In this document: positions 18,831 through 28,522 of the stretch, one piece after another
Layout: each line of letters begins with the position of its first letter
Numbering within the stretch: position 1 is the stretch's first letter
Source of the DNA: Enterococcus phage 9183
DNA length: 64,000 bases
Direction: 5' to 3' (one strand)
Sequence record: MT939241.1
Program-made: the position numbers and the translations under genes
Notes under the pieces: generated by a model
What the model was told of the DNA's origin: nothing
Database searches by the model: none
Seen by the model: only the letters and a program-made list of their open reading frames with translations

Positions 18831-19020
18831 ATATGTTAAATTTTTGTTTTCTTTAGCTTGGGCTTTTATCATAATTGCTTTTCAAACTTGGTTCATTTCA
18901 ATGTGTTTTCAAGTAGGCTTTTCAGTGATGTTCAACATTGATTTAAATATTAAGGGAATTATGTCAATTGTGTTAGGCATTGCATTTTTTAAACGTTGGT
19001 TTGGAGAGGGTATTCAATGA
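18820..19020 (+). CDS. Small membrane protein
   Basis: two hydrophobic helices. Confidence 0.4.
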   Translation: MKNKYVKFLFSLAWAFIIIAFQTWFISMCFQVGFSVMFNIDLNIKGIMSIVLGIAFFKRWFGEGIQ

Positions 19021-19757
19021 TACTAACTGATTATAAATTACGAGGATTTAAAGCAACATTTAATGCACAAATTAGAGAAGACGTTGATGATAAGACAAAG
19101 TTTAAAATCTTTAAGACAGAGCTGTTTCAGTGGTTAAAGTCCTATGATGTAGATTTACATGTTTTTCCTGATTTGAAAATTGAGGTTGAAGGATACAGTT
19201 TAGTGATGTCTTACACTGAAACAACAGACACTACAATGACGATTCGTTTTATATGGCGAGTATCAAGAATGACTATCGTTGAAGTATTGGATTTTTGCTC
19301 ACAGTTCTGCCTAGAGTTAGGTGTTAAGGAGCCTACGATAAATGTAACTGATCAATTTACCTATAATAATTTAGGTTTATATTATCCTCAGGATAAAACG
19401 CTGGTAATCTCGGAGCATATTATTTTTCAGTTTAAACCTGAAACTGTCATTGCAATTTTGAAACATGAACTGCTTCACCATTATTGTAATGTAAAGAAAT
19501 TAGGAGCAAGAGATGTAGATTACGACTTTATAGAGCTGCTTATTAAATATGATGCATATATTTCTAAAGCGCCTGAAGCAAATCTTGCATATGAAACATT
19601 TGTTGCTAATTTGATGAAACATAATGATGGCCGATATGGTGAAGTCTTTTCTGACGCAAAAAGAGAAACTCTTGTTCGTCGCTGGTTGGCGAAAAGAAAA
19701 TTACATTCAAATGCATTCAGAATAAGCAATTCTTCAACTTACACGCTTGGTGCATAA
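19017..19757 (+). CDS. SprT-like zinc metalloprotease-domain protein
   Basis: HELLHH zinc motif; start overlaps the upstream stop (ATGA). Confidence 0.5.
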   Translation: MILTDYKLRGFKATFNAQIREDVDDKTKFKIFKTELFQWLKSYDVDLHVFPDLKIEVEGYSLVMSYTETTDTTMTIRFIWRVSRMTIVEVLDFCSQFCLELGVKEPTINVTDQFTYNNLGLYYPQDKTLVISEHIIFQFKPETVIAILKHELLHHYCNVKKLGARDVDYDFIELLIKYDAYISKAPEANLAYETFVANLMKHNDGRYGEVFSDAKRETLVRRWLAKRKLHSNAFRISNSSTYTLGA

Positions 19758-19836
19758 ATACTGGCTGATAGATCAACCTTTAGAACCACAATTTTAAAAT
19801 AAAAATTAAATTTTATTTATATGGAGGAGTATTCAC

Positions 19837-20013
19837 TTGGAAAAGAAATGTAAGAAATGTGGATCAATCATTGACTGCGAATGTATGACGTGTCATGAAT
19901 GCTATCCAGAGACGATATGTGAAACATGCGGTTTTTGTCACATTGATCATTGGGAAGCAATGCATTGTTGGTCTTTGGAAAATGATCCTGATTACGATCC
20001 AATGGATATATAG
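19837..20013 (+). CDS. Cys-rich 58-aa zinc-finger-like protein (11 Cys, 5 His); not in the ORF track because under 60 aa
   Basis: TTG start 9 nt after GGAGG; repeated CxxC pairs. Confidence 0.45.
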   Translation: MEKKCKKCGSIIDCECMTCHECYPETICETCGFCHIDHWEAMHCWSLENDPDYDPMDI

Positions 20014-20022
20014 GAGGAAAAT

Positions 20023-20259
20023 ATGACACACGAAGAATTTATTGAAGTATGTAGAAATCGTGTTGCTGTTAACGAACTTTGTTATACGGATGACGTTTTC
20101 GTCGTTTGGTCTTGTAAGACATTACAAAATAGTAAAGCAATTTTATCTGCAAAAAGTAAATGCGCTTACTTATATGAATTTACGATGAATGGAGATAAAG
20201 GCGTCATTTATATGGACGCTTATGAAAAAATTAATCACGAAGAATACATTATTAAGTAA
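20023..20259 (+). CDS. Small hypothetical protein
   Basis: ORF with RBS aggagg. Confidence 0.5.
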   Translation: MTHEEFIEVCRNRVAVNELCYTDDVFVVWSCKTLQNSKAILSAKSKCAYLYEFTMNGDKGVIYMDAYEKINHEEYIIK

Positions 20260-20285
20260 TGAAAAGGTTAAGCTGTTTTCCTAGT

Positions 20286-20310
20286 AAGGTTTACAGTTTA
20301 ACCTTTTCTT
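20286..20310 (+). terminator. Hairpin aaggtt/aacctt plus a T-run, overlapping the -35 of the next promoter
   Basis: read directly. Confidence 0.5.
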
Positions 20311-20318
20311 GATATAAT
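20290..20318 (+). promoter_or_regulatory. Consensus phage promoter
   Basis: TTTACA, 17-nt spacer, TGATATAAT. Confidence 0.65.
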
Positions 20319-20350
20319 ATTAAAGTAAAAAATTAAAAGGAGATGTATTT

Positions 20351-20854
20351 ATGGCACGTCTTTTGAAATGTTATGGAGAAGACTGCATTCAAACCGGAAA
20401 GAAATGGGAAAAAGATCAATTAGTAAAATATAAAAACAAAAATTTTTGCTTAAGCTGTGCTGCTAAAGAAAAGAAAAATGATGAAGATCGAACTCTTCTT
20501 TATAAGCTAATCAGTGAACTTTATGAAATTCCATTTCCAAATGGTTTAATGCTAAGACAAATAAAGCAATTTAATCAAGAAAGAAAATACACATATGAAA
20601 ATATTCGTAAAGCTTTACTTTATGGAAAACATGTAAGGAATATGTCATTTCACCCCAAATATGGTTTAGGAATTGTTCCATACATTATTGATGAAGCAGT
20701 TGCTTATCACGATGATCAAGTTAGAAAAGCAAAAGCTATGGAAGGAAAGACAGTTTCAAATGAAAGAAACGTCGTTAAGAAAAAATTCATAGCTGTTGAT
20801 CGCGATGCAAAAATTAAAGATAAAATGATTAATTTGGAGGATATTGAATTATGA
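20351..20854 (+). CDS. Zinc-ribbon protein (possible helicase-loader or primosome accessory)
   Basis: CYGEDC...CLSC motif; lies directly upstream of the DnaB-like helicase gene. Confidence 0.3.
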   Translation: MARLLKCYGEDCIQTGKKWEKDQLVKYKNKNFCLSCAAKEKKNDEDRTLLYKLISELYEIPFPNGLMLRQIKQFNQERKYTYENIRKALLYGKHVRNMSFHPKYGLGIVPYIIDEAVAYHDDQVRKAKAMEGKTVSNERNVVKKKFIAVDRDAKIKDKMINLEDIEL

Positions 20855-22431
20855 GCGCTGTCGATATGACTTTAAACCCAACACGTTCAATTTACAATTT
20901 ATTTGGTGCTATTTGCAGGCAACCTGAACTTTTAAGAGATCCAAACGTAATTTTAGGTGATCGTGATTTCGTTCAATCATTTCATAAAATTGTTTTTGCA
21001 GCAATGCATAATATCGTTTATAGTTCGGCAAGAGATGGATTGGAAAAAATTACACCGATTGATATTGACAATTATCTTGCGCAATATCCAACTTATTATA
21101 AAGTATGGGATGAAAACAATGGTGTTCAATATGTAAATGACGCAATGAATCAAACGAATACTCAATTAGTGACAAAAGATTATGAAATGATTAAAAAGTT
21201 TAGTCTTTTAAGAAATTATGTAGATAATGGAATTGATGTTTCAGATATTTACGAATACCAATCAAATGATTTAGGAAAGCTGACTGAATCAAATAAAGTA
21301 TTGGAAAATACGTCAATAAATGAAATCATTGAGCATTTCACTCAAAAAGCAATTGGAATTAGAAATGAATGGAATGTTGATGATGGTAAAGTGAAAGATT
21401 TTAAAGCAGGCGATGATTTAGATGGTTTACTTGATCGTTTGATGGAAAATCCTGATATGGGATTTCCATTCCAAAATTTAATGTATAACACATTATTTAG
21501 AGGTATGAGAAAATCAAAATTCATGCTTCGATCAGGTGCAACAGGAACAGGTAAAACGCGTCAGGCGATAAGAGATATGGTTTCAGTTGCTTGTGATAAG
21601 ATATGGGTAACAGGTTTAGGATGGCAAAGTTTAGGACCTTCTTTTCCAGCATTATTCATTTCAACTGAAATTGATCAAGAAGAATTGCAAACGATTATGT
21701 TAGCTTATCTTACAGGTATTCCAGACACTGACATTAAAAATGGAACTTATGATGCAGCTACAAGAAAAAGATTAGAAGAAGGAATTGAAATTTTAAAACG
21801 AGCTCCACTTTTCTTATCTTATATTGAAGATTTTTCGATCAGTGATATTGAAATGAAAATAGAGGAATATATCATTAAGGAAAACGTTCAATATGTAGCA
21901 TTTGACTACATTCAAATGACGCCTAAGTTAAGTAAAACAATGAATGATAACTTTGGAACAACATTACGTGAAGATCAAATCTTAGTTCATTTTTCGTCAG
22001 CAATGAAAACAATCGCGGGTCGTTATGATGTATTTCTTGAAAGTAGTACACAGTTGAATAGGGGTAGTAAAGAAGTAGAAAATCGTGACGCAAGTTCTCT
22101 TCGTGGAGGTTTGGCGACAGCTGATAAAGTTGATTACGGTATCTTAACATTTAAAACGACGAAAGCAGAAAAAGATGCATTAAAACATATCATTCAAAAA
22201 GGCTTCGGCGGCGCTGAAAAAATGACGCCTGATTTCAGCCATTGGGTTTACAAAAATCGGGCAGGTCTTGATCATTTAGTGATTTGGTCAAAAATGAATT
22301 TGGGCACAATGAGAGAGGAAGTTCTTTTTGTCACTGATTATGATTATAATTTGATAGAAATTGATGGAACAGAAATTGAGTTTGAAGATGTTGATGCAGT
22401 TGATGAAAATGAAGAAACTGTTTCATTTTAA
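20851..22431 (+). CDS. DnaB-family replicative helicase
   Basis: DnaB-like N-terminal domain (LFGAICRQPELLRDPN...FHKIVFAAM); RecA-fold Walker A GATGTGKT; Walker B-like FDYIQM. Confidence 0.65.
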   Translation: MSAVDMTLNPTRSIYNLFGAICRQPELLRDPNVILGDRDFVQSFHKIVFAAMHNIVYSSARDGLEKITPIDIDNYLAQYPTYYKVWDENNGVQYVNDAMNQTNTQLVTKDYEMIKKFSLLRNYVDNGIDVSDIYEYQSNDLGKLTESNKVLENTSINEIIEHFTQKAIGIRNEWNVDDGKVKDFKAGDDLDGLLDRLMENPDMGFPFQNLMYNTLFRGMRKSKFMLRSGATGTGKTRQAIRDMVSVACDKIWVTGLGWQSLGPSFPALFISTEIDQEELQTIMLAYLTGIPDTDIKNGTYDAATRKRLEEGIEILKRAPLFLSYIEDFSISDIEMKIEEYIIKENVQYVAFDYIQMTPKLSKTMNDNFGTTLREDQILVHFSSAMKTIAGRYDVFLESSTQLNRGSKEVENRDASSLRGGLATADKVDYGILTFKTTKAEKDALKHIIQKGFGGAEKMTPDFSHWVYKNRAGLDHLVIWSKMNLGTMREEVLFVTDYDYNLIEIDGTEIEFEDVDAVDENEETVSF

Positions 22432-22443
22432 GGAGTGAAATAA

Positions 22444-23493
22444 GTGGACGCAAGAAAAGTTGTAGGAATGTTGAGTGATAGAGACGTTTTTGATTTAATG
22501 GATGAACTTGATGCTCAACCAATTTCTAAGGGTAATACTTTTGAATGTAGGACAGTTTGCCATGATGGTCATAAACATAAGCTGATTTATTATAAAGATA
22601 GTAAGTCATTTTATTGTTACACAAATTGCGGACACTTATCAATTTTTGACATGTTAGGTAAAGCTCTTGATTTGGAATTTATTGATGCATTAAAATATAT
22701 CGTTAAGAAATATAACTTGCATGACTCTGATCATATTGAAGGATTTACATATGAAAAAGTAGTGAATCCAGGAGCTTTACTTAAACAAAAATTAGAGAAA
22801 GTAAAGGCACCAGCTTTCGAAAAATTAGATGAACACTTACTGCTTGACTTTTATCCATATTATCATAAATCATGGATTGATGAAGGTATTTCGATCAGTT
22901 CGATGATGAAGTATAATATAAGATATTCAATCGTTGATAATCAAATTATCATTCCACATTATGACGAATATGGAAATTTAATAGGTGTTAGAGGACGTAA
23001 TTTAAATAAAGATAAGGTTGATGAAGGTAAAAAATATATGCCAATCTTTTATGAAGGCAAAGTTCTTAAGCATTTAACAGGAGCAAACTTGTATGGCTTG
23101 GATAAAAATAAAGAGATGATTGAAAAACATAAAACGATGATCTTATTCGAGTCAGAAAAAAGCGTTCTTCAATTAGATAGTATGATGCCTGATCATTCAA
23201 TAGGAGTTTGTGTATCGGGATCGTCTTTAACACAATATCAATTGGAGCTGATCAAAAAATTACGTATTGATGAAGTAATAATTGGCGTTGATAAAGAATT
23301 TGAAAATATAGGTGATGACAAAGAAAAACGATATGCTGAAAAGATTATTAAAGTATTTCGTAATAAGTTAGCTCCCTATGTTAGAGTAAGCGTGTTATGG
23401 GACTTGAAAAATGAGCTTAATGAAAAGGATAGTCCAACTGATAGAGGTGTTAAAATCTTTAAAGATTTATATGAAAATAGAATTTATATATAG
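22444..23493 (+). CDS. DnaG-like DNA primase
   Basis: CHC2-type zinc finger CRTVCHDGHKHK...FYCYTNCGH; TOPRIM-like MILFESEKSVLQ; DxD-like GVDKEFENIGDD. Confidence 0.6.
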   Translation: MDARKVVGMLSDRDVFDLMDELDAQPISKGNTFECRTVCHDGHKHKLIYYKDSKSFYCYTNCGHLSIFDMLGKALDLEFIDALKYIVKKYNLHDSDHIEGFTYEKVVNPGALLKQKLEKVKAPAFEKLDEHLLLDFYPYYHKSWIDEGISISSMMKYNIRYSIVDNQIIIPHYDEYGNLIGVRGRNLNKDKVDEGKKYMPIFYEGKVLKHLTGANLYGLDKNKEMIEKHKTMILFESEKSVLQLDSMMPDHSIGVCVSGSSLTQYQLELIKKLRIDEVIIGVDKEFENIGDDKEKRYAEKIIKVFRNKLAPYVRVSVLWDLKNELNEKDSPTDRGVKIFKDLYENRIYI

Positions 23494-23504
23494 GGAGAGA
23501 TTTA

Positions 23505-25328
23505 ATGTTTAGTTTTGTAGAGAAAGAAAAATTTGAAGTAAGAAGTAACCATTTCGTCGAAGACATATTAAGTAACGCTGGTATAGAAAGCCCAGAAATG
23601 TTTTTAAACGGTAAACAATACAGTGATGAAATTGAAACGACACCAGAATGCTTATTTGGAATGACGGAAGCTGTCATTATGGTAAAGGATGCTATTAAGA
23701 ATTATCGGAGCATAGGAATTCTTGTTGACGATGATGCCGATGGTATGACTTCGTCTGCAATCATTTATAAGGCATTAAAACATTACAAAGCGAGATATTT
23801 AACAACGATATTTCACGATCAAAAAGGTCATGGTTTAAGTGGTGAAATTGATAAGATCAAAAAAGGTGATTATGACTTAATTATCGTTCCTGATGCAGGA
23901 TCAAATGATTTTTACGAACATGAAATGCTGCTTAAAGAAGGAAAACAGCTTATCATTCTTGATCACCATGAAATGGATAAACCTGAAAAAATGCTTGACT
24001 TGAAAGAAAAATATAAAGGTAATTATGTTTTAGTAAATAACCAATTGGAATATAATACTGAAACGAATAAGAATTTCGTAGGAGCGGGTATGGCATACAA
24101 GTTCGTTCAAGCTTACGATAATTATGAAGGTGATAACTTTGCGGAGCAAGTATTAGATTTGGTGGCTGTAGGTCAAACAGGGGATGCTTCGGATATCTCC
24201 GATTATGAAATTCAATATCTTGTTCGTTTAGGATTGGACAACATTAAAAATGGATTATTGAAGGAAGCTCTTAACAGTCGTATTGAAAAAGGGCAAAAAT
24301 TGGCACCAGTGAATTTATCGTTTGACATTATTCCCTTCATTAATGCTGTAACACGTGTGGGAACTTTGGAAGAAAAAGAAGAATTGATTAAAGGCTTAAT
24401 TGGTCATTATCCAACTGATGGTTTAATTGAAGTTGAAAAACGACGTAAAAATAAAGAAACAGGTAAATTTGAAAAACGCAAAGAGCTTTGGAGCCCATAT
24501 GCAATTTTAATGGATAGTCTATCAAAAATCAAAAATCGTCAAAATAAAGAAGTTGATAAAATTTTGAAGCTTATCAAAAATCCATTTTTAGATGGTGTCG
24601 TGATAGCAGAAATCAAGAAAGATGAAATTGCTTATCGTTCAATCACAGGTTTAATTGCGAATAAACTTGTTTCAAAATATAATATGCCTGCTTTAGTCTT
24701 AGTTGAAAATGAAGATGGAACATATAGTGGATCAGCTCGAGGATATGAAAAGAAATTTACTTCATTCCGTCAATGGTGTTTAGACACTGGTAAATTTGAT
24801 CTTGCGCAAGGACACGATAATGCGTTTGGTGTTATCATTAAAAATGAGAAATTAGAAGAATTAAAAAAATGGTTAACATGTTATGACTTACATGATGAAA
24901 ATATCGTTTATGAAGTAAATAAACTTTATGAAGGCGAAACCAATTTAGATGAAGTTCGTTTGATCAATGATCATGCTTGGATGTTTGGCGGAAGATTACA
25001 AACACCAAAATTTGGTTATAAAGATCTAATAATTACGCGTAACTGTGTTTCACAACGTGGTTCAGTCGTAACGTTCTTTAATCAAGGTTTGGAATTTATT
25101 ATGTACAAACAAGAACCTGGTATAATTGATGAATTTATGTCAACAATGGGATTCGAACAAGAGATCGTTGTAAATCTTGTAGGACGTCCTTCTCGTAGTG
25201 AGTGGACTGGAAGAATTAAAGAGCAAATCGTTCTTGATGATTTCTCTATGATGCCACTATCAAAAACGAACGTTCAAAAGAAACAAGAAAAGACTTGGAA
25301 AGACGAAGATGAAGAATTAGAATTTTAA
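23505..25328 (+). CDS. DHH-family phosphoesterase, RecJ-like exonuclease
   Basis: DHH motifs LVDDDADGMTSS, VPDAGS, LDHHE; DHHA1-like GHDNAFG. Confidence 0.6.
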   Translation: MFSFVEKEKFEVRSNHFVEDILSNAGIESPEMFLNGKQYSDEIETTPECLFGMTEAVIMVKDAIKNYRSIGILVDDDADGMTSSAIIYKALKHYKARYLTTIFHDQKGHGLSGEIDKIKKGDYDLIIVPDAGSNDFYEHEMLLKEGKQLIILDHHEMDKPEKMLDLKEKYKGNYVLVNNQLEYNTETNKNFVGAGMAYKFVQAYDNYEGDNFAEQVLDLVAVGQTGDASDISDYEIQYLVRLGLDNIKNGLLKEALNSRIEKGQKLAPVNLSFDIIPFINAVTRVGTLEEKEELIKGLIGHYPTDGLIEVEKRRKNKETGKFEKRKELWSPYAILMDSLSKIKNRQNKEVDKILKLIKNPFLDGVVIAEIKKDEIAYRSITGLIANKLVSKYNMPALVLVENEDGTYSGSARGYEKKFTSFRQWCLDTGKFDLAQGHDNAFGVIIKNEKLEELKKWLTCYDLHDENIVYEVNKLYEGETNLDEVRLINDHAWMFGGRLQTPKFGYKDLIITRNCVSQRGSVVTFFNQGLEFIMYKQEPGIIDEFMSTMGFEQEIVVNLVGRPSRSEWTGRIKEQIVLDDFSMMPLSKTNVQKKQEKTWKDEDEELEF

Positions 25329-25346
25329 AAAATATGAGAGGATTGG

Positions 25347-25375
25347 TTTACAGTTCTCTCATATCTTAATATAAT
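25347..25375 (+). promoter_or_regulatory. Consensus-like promoter inside the loop of hairpin 25333..25363
   Basis: TTTACA, 17-nt spacer, TAATATAAT; 8-bp stem tatgagag/ctctcata. Confidence 0.55.
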
Positions 25376-25412
25376 ATATAAGTAATAAATAAAAAGAAAA
25401 GAGGAAATTATT

Positions 25413-25988
25413 ATGGTAAAAGTAAAATATTCAAAATATGATGTATATGATTTTTTAACGGAGAAAAGAAACGCAACATTAAAAGCAAAACTTGAGCCTA
25501 TAAACAATCTTAAAGAAGAGATGCGCGAACAAATTAAACATGCACGTTTAACAGGTATTGACTTAAATGATTTTCATGAAAAAATTAATGATCTTCTTAA
25601 GGTGACTGTTGAATTGCAATCACGTATGAATTATTCATATGGAGAATTATATCGTTTAAATTCCGCCTTAGATGATTTATGTACGAAAGAAAATATTGAT
25701 AATGCAATTGATTATCAAATTGACTATAAAGATAATGTAGACTATGATCGTTTACTTGATGAAGCAAGTAACCTACGAAGAGAAATTAATGATGAATTTG
25801 ATAAATTAGAAAAAATGGTTAAAGCATGTTCTGATGGTGCACAAGCTGTTCGTAACTTAAAAAATATTGGGTTTGATGTTTCTTCAATTCCTACGACAAA
25901 AACAAGAGAAATGATGATCATTGATGCTTCAAATGTAAACACTGATCTTTTAGGTTTACCTGAGGAGAATACAAGTGAAAAATCTTAA
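25413..25988 (+). CDS. Hypothetical coiled-coil protein
   Basis: ORF with RBS agagg. Confidence 0.5.
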   Translation: MVKVKYSKYDVYDFLTEKRNATLKAKLEPINNLKEEMREQIKHARLTGIDLNDFHEKINDLLKVTVELQSRMNYSYGELYRLNSALDDLCTKENIDNAIDYQIDYKDNVDYDRLLDEASNLRREINDEFDKLEKMVKACSDGAQAVRNLKNIGFDVSSIPTTKTREMMIIDASNVNTDLLGLPEENTSEKS

Positions 25989-26175
25989 GTATATTATTAT
26001 TAGTATTATTATGTTATTAATAGTGCTTGCAGCCTATTTAATAACGACAATTTTACAAAAGTATATTTAACAAGAATTATGCAGTATATTATTAGGCTCG
26101 TTGATGATGATACTTATTTTTATATTGCTTATATGTATAGAATAATAAATGTAAACATGATTGGAGGAAAAATCA

Positions 26176-26355
26176 TTGAGTTTAAAGAATAAGATAGGTC
26201 TTGCTATCATTGCAATTATCGTCACAATTTACCTAATCTTTGCTTTTGCATATGTTTATATTTCAATTGGATTAGTACCATTTTTGTTTACAATTGTTGT
26301 GTGTTTATTATTGGTGATAGGTGGAATACTTTTAACATCGGAGGATGACAAATGA
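26176..26355 (+). CDS. Small membrane protein
   Basis: two TM helices; TTG start 8 nt after GGAGG. Confidence 0.4.
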   Translation: MSLKNKIGLAIIAIIVTIYLIFAFAYVYISIGLVPFLFTIVVCLLLVIGGILLTSEDDK

Positions 26356-26690
26356 ATAAAGATCAAATTTTAGAAGAAATTGAAGGTCTCCTAATAGTAG
26401 GAGAAATTGGTAAAGACAGTCAGGTTTGGTTTGAAGATGAAAAAGATGTTTTTCCAGTAGTTTCAATGGAAATTGATGAAGATAATGATTTAATCATTAA
26501 TGTTGAAGATTATGAACAAGGAGCAAATATCACAAGTTTTCATAATAATTTTGATAAGATGACGAGCGAACGCGGTGTAAATGAAGTATATGTTTACGTC
26601 AAAGAGGAGGATGAATTTTATCACATTGACGAAGTTTTTGGAGATGATGACAACGATCTTATCTTACTGTCAAAAGAAGGAGAAGTTTAA
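26352..26690 (+). CDS. Highly acidic small protein (DNA-mimic-like composition)
   Basis: 112 aa, about one third Asp/Glu. Confidence 0.5.
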   Translation: MNKDQILEEIEGLLIVGEIGKDSQVWFEDEKDVFPVVSMEIDEDNDLIINVEDYEQGANITSFHNNFDKMTSERGVNEVYVYVKEEDEFYHIDEVFGDDDNDLILLSKEGEV

Positions 26691-26691
26691 T

Positions 26692-27207
26692 GTGGTGTGG
26701 TATGATTTTGAAAGAGTAGGATCAAGAGCAATACTTGATGAAAGTAAATTTCGTCACCCGATTTATAATAGAACATTCATTGATGATGATTGTGAAAAAA
26801 TTATTGATCATGTTGATGTCTATCGTGAAAGAGAAAAAATTCATATAATTCAAAAAGATTTACAGGAACAAAGTAAAAATATAAAATTCATTTATGATTG
26901 TCGTGATGAAACATATTATGTCATTAGGTATGATTTTGAAAATCCTAAAAACACTTTTTATTGTCCAATTAAAGCTTTCTTCATTGAAGAAGAAATTATT
27001 GATCGAGGCTTCACAAGAAATTATCAAACAGCACAACGAGGCTGTTTCATGCTTCTTGGTTATCATGAGGAAAATGAAGACATAGGATTAACGTCAATTT
27101 CATGCGTTAAAATAATAGAACATAATAAGAAAATATATTCTTTCGTTGATCAATATGACAATGAAAATCGTATTTACGAATTTAATTATAAAGAAGAAAT
27201 TTTATGA
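26692..27207 (+). CDS. Hypothetical protein
   Basis: GTG start 9 nt after AAGGAG; trimmed from track ORF 26581..27207 to remove the overlap. Confidence 0.45.
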   Translation: MVWYDFERVGSRAILDESKFRHPIYNRTFIDDDCEKIIDHVDVYREREKIHIIQKDLQEQSKNIKFIYDCRDETYYVIRYDFENPKNTFYCPIKAFFIEEEIIDRGFTRNYQTAQRGCFMLLGYHEENEDIGLTSISCVKIIEHNKKIYSFVDQYDNENRIYEFNYKEEIL

Positions 27208-27400
27208 AGAAGTGCTCAAAGTTTATTTACTTTGAGCGCTTTTTATGATAAAATTAATTTATCAAATAAATATAGAAAGGAAATACATTATGAAAGACGA
27301 TAAGTATTTCTTTGAACTTCTTCGTAATATAGAACTTGAAGAAATTAAGTCCATTATCGAAAATAATGGAAAAATAATTGGTAAAAGCTTATAAAAATTG

Positions 27401-27429
27401 TTTACATTTTCTTCATTGCCAGTTATAAT
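27401..27429 (+). promoter_or_regulatory. Consensus promoter, part of the duplicated promoter-leader cassette (copy A)
   Basis: TTTACA, 17-nt spacer, AGTTATAAT; about 90% identical to 52141..52169 together with its leader. Confidence 0.6.
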
Positions 27430-27465
27430 ATATATATAATCAATAAACAAACAATAAAGGAGATT

Positions 27466-27702
27466 ATGAAAATGAAAGAAAAATTATTTGAACTATATGA
27501 AGAAATCACAGGAATGAAAAATAATAATGTACACATTAGTCAACGTGCTATTCATTTCAACGGAAGATTAAACGCAATTGAAAATGAAATTAAAGAAAAA
27601 CATAGTTTAGGTATTTTAAACGATAAAGAAATTAAAGATCTAAATGGTTTAATTAAAGGACTCTGTGAAGTTTGTTCACAAGAATATTCATACAACAAAT
27701 AA
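27466..27702 (+). CDS. Small hypothetical protein
   Basis: ORF with RBS aaggag. Confidence 0.5.
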   Translation: MKMKEKLFELYEEITGMKNNNVHISQRAIHFNGRLNAIENEIKEKHSLGILNDKEIKDLNGLIKGLCEVCSQEYSYNK

Positions 27703-27881
27703 AAAAATATATTGGAGGAAATTAAAATGAAAAAATATCAAACTAAAGAACAAGAAATGTTAAACAAGGTGAAAACTGTATCAAAATTGGAGAGTTTATC
27801 TCCAAAAGAAAAGGTTGCTATCATGAAATTTTATGAAAATAAACATTTAAACATGACAACCAATTTTTAATCGTTTTTATT

Positions 27882-27912
27882 AAGGTACTCAATTGAGTAC
27901 CTTATTTTTTTT
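27882..27912 (+). terminator. Intrinsic terminator (aaggtactcaattgagtacctt plus T9)
   Basis: read directly. Confidence 0.7.
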
Positions 27913-27944
27913 ACATAAATAAACGAAATAAAGCTCCTAATATG

Positions 27945-27973
27945 TTTACAATGTCGACTTAGCTTGATATAAT
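27945..27973 (+). promoter_or_regulatory. Consensus phage promoter heading the nucleotide-modification operon
   Basis: TTTACA, 17-nt spacer, TGATATAAT. Confidence 0.65.
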
Positions 27974-28003
27974 ATGATCGTAAATAAATAAAGGAGGAAA
28001 CAA

Positions 28004-28522
28004 ATGAGTATTAATATTGTTTTAGATGGTCCTAAAGCATGTGGAAAAAGCACAATTGCGAATATGATCATTAATGAATTAGGAAATTGGAAATATATTC
28101 ATTCGGATTCACAAACGAAAAATGATTTAGAATATCATTTAGATCTTTTAAATCAAGGTGAAAATACGGTATTAGATCGTTTTTCATTCGGTGAGGTAAT
28201 TTATTCGAAAGTATATGATCGTAAATGTAAACTTACGCCTAGTGAATTTTTGAAGACAGTGACTAGAGAAAATACGATTTACGTCGTTCTTTACTCAAGC
28301 TCAATGATTCTTTTAGAAGAAAGAATAGTAAGGCGTGGAAGAAAAACTGAAGACGAAGAATTAAGTCTCGTTTCGTCTAGCAACAGTTTATTCATTAGGT
28401 GTGCTACTTGGATGCAAGATCAACCTTACTCAGTAAGAAAAAGATACTTAACTTTTGACGTAGCAAAATACACCGCTGAAGAAATCTTTGAAAAGATAAA
28501 AGAAAAAATGGAGGAATTTTAA
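28004..28522 (+). CDS. dNMP kinase, thymidylate-kinase-like P-loop
   Basis: VLDGPKACGKST P-loop; VLDRF motif; ~170 aa. Confidence 0.6.
   Translation: MSINIVLDGPKACGKSTIANMIINELGNWKYIHSDSQTKNDLEYHLDLLNQGENTVLDRFSFGEVIYSKVYDRKCKLTPSEFLKTVTRENTIYVVLYSSSMILLEERIVRRGRKTEDEELSLVSSSNSLFIRCATWMQDQPYSVRKRYLTFDVAKYTAEEIFEKIKEKMEEF

Noticed and set aside
25975-26070. A 31-aa hydrophobic mini-ORF (VKNLKYIIISIIMLLIVLAAYLITTILQKYI) with a GTG start after GAGGAG, overlapping the end of 25413..25988.
   Set aside because: It is plausible as a small membrane peptide, but it is too short and low-complexity to call without expression data.
26581-26691. The track ORF 26581..27207 overlaps 26352..26690 by 110 nt.
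   Set aside because: There is no RBS at 26581. A GTG at 26692 lies 9 nt after AAGGAG and abuts the upstream stop codon. The gene was trimmed to 26692..27207.
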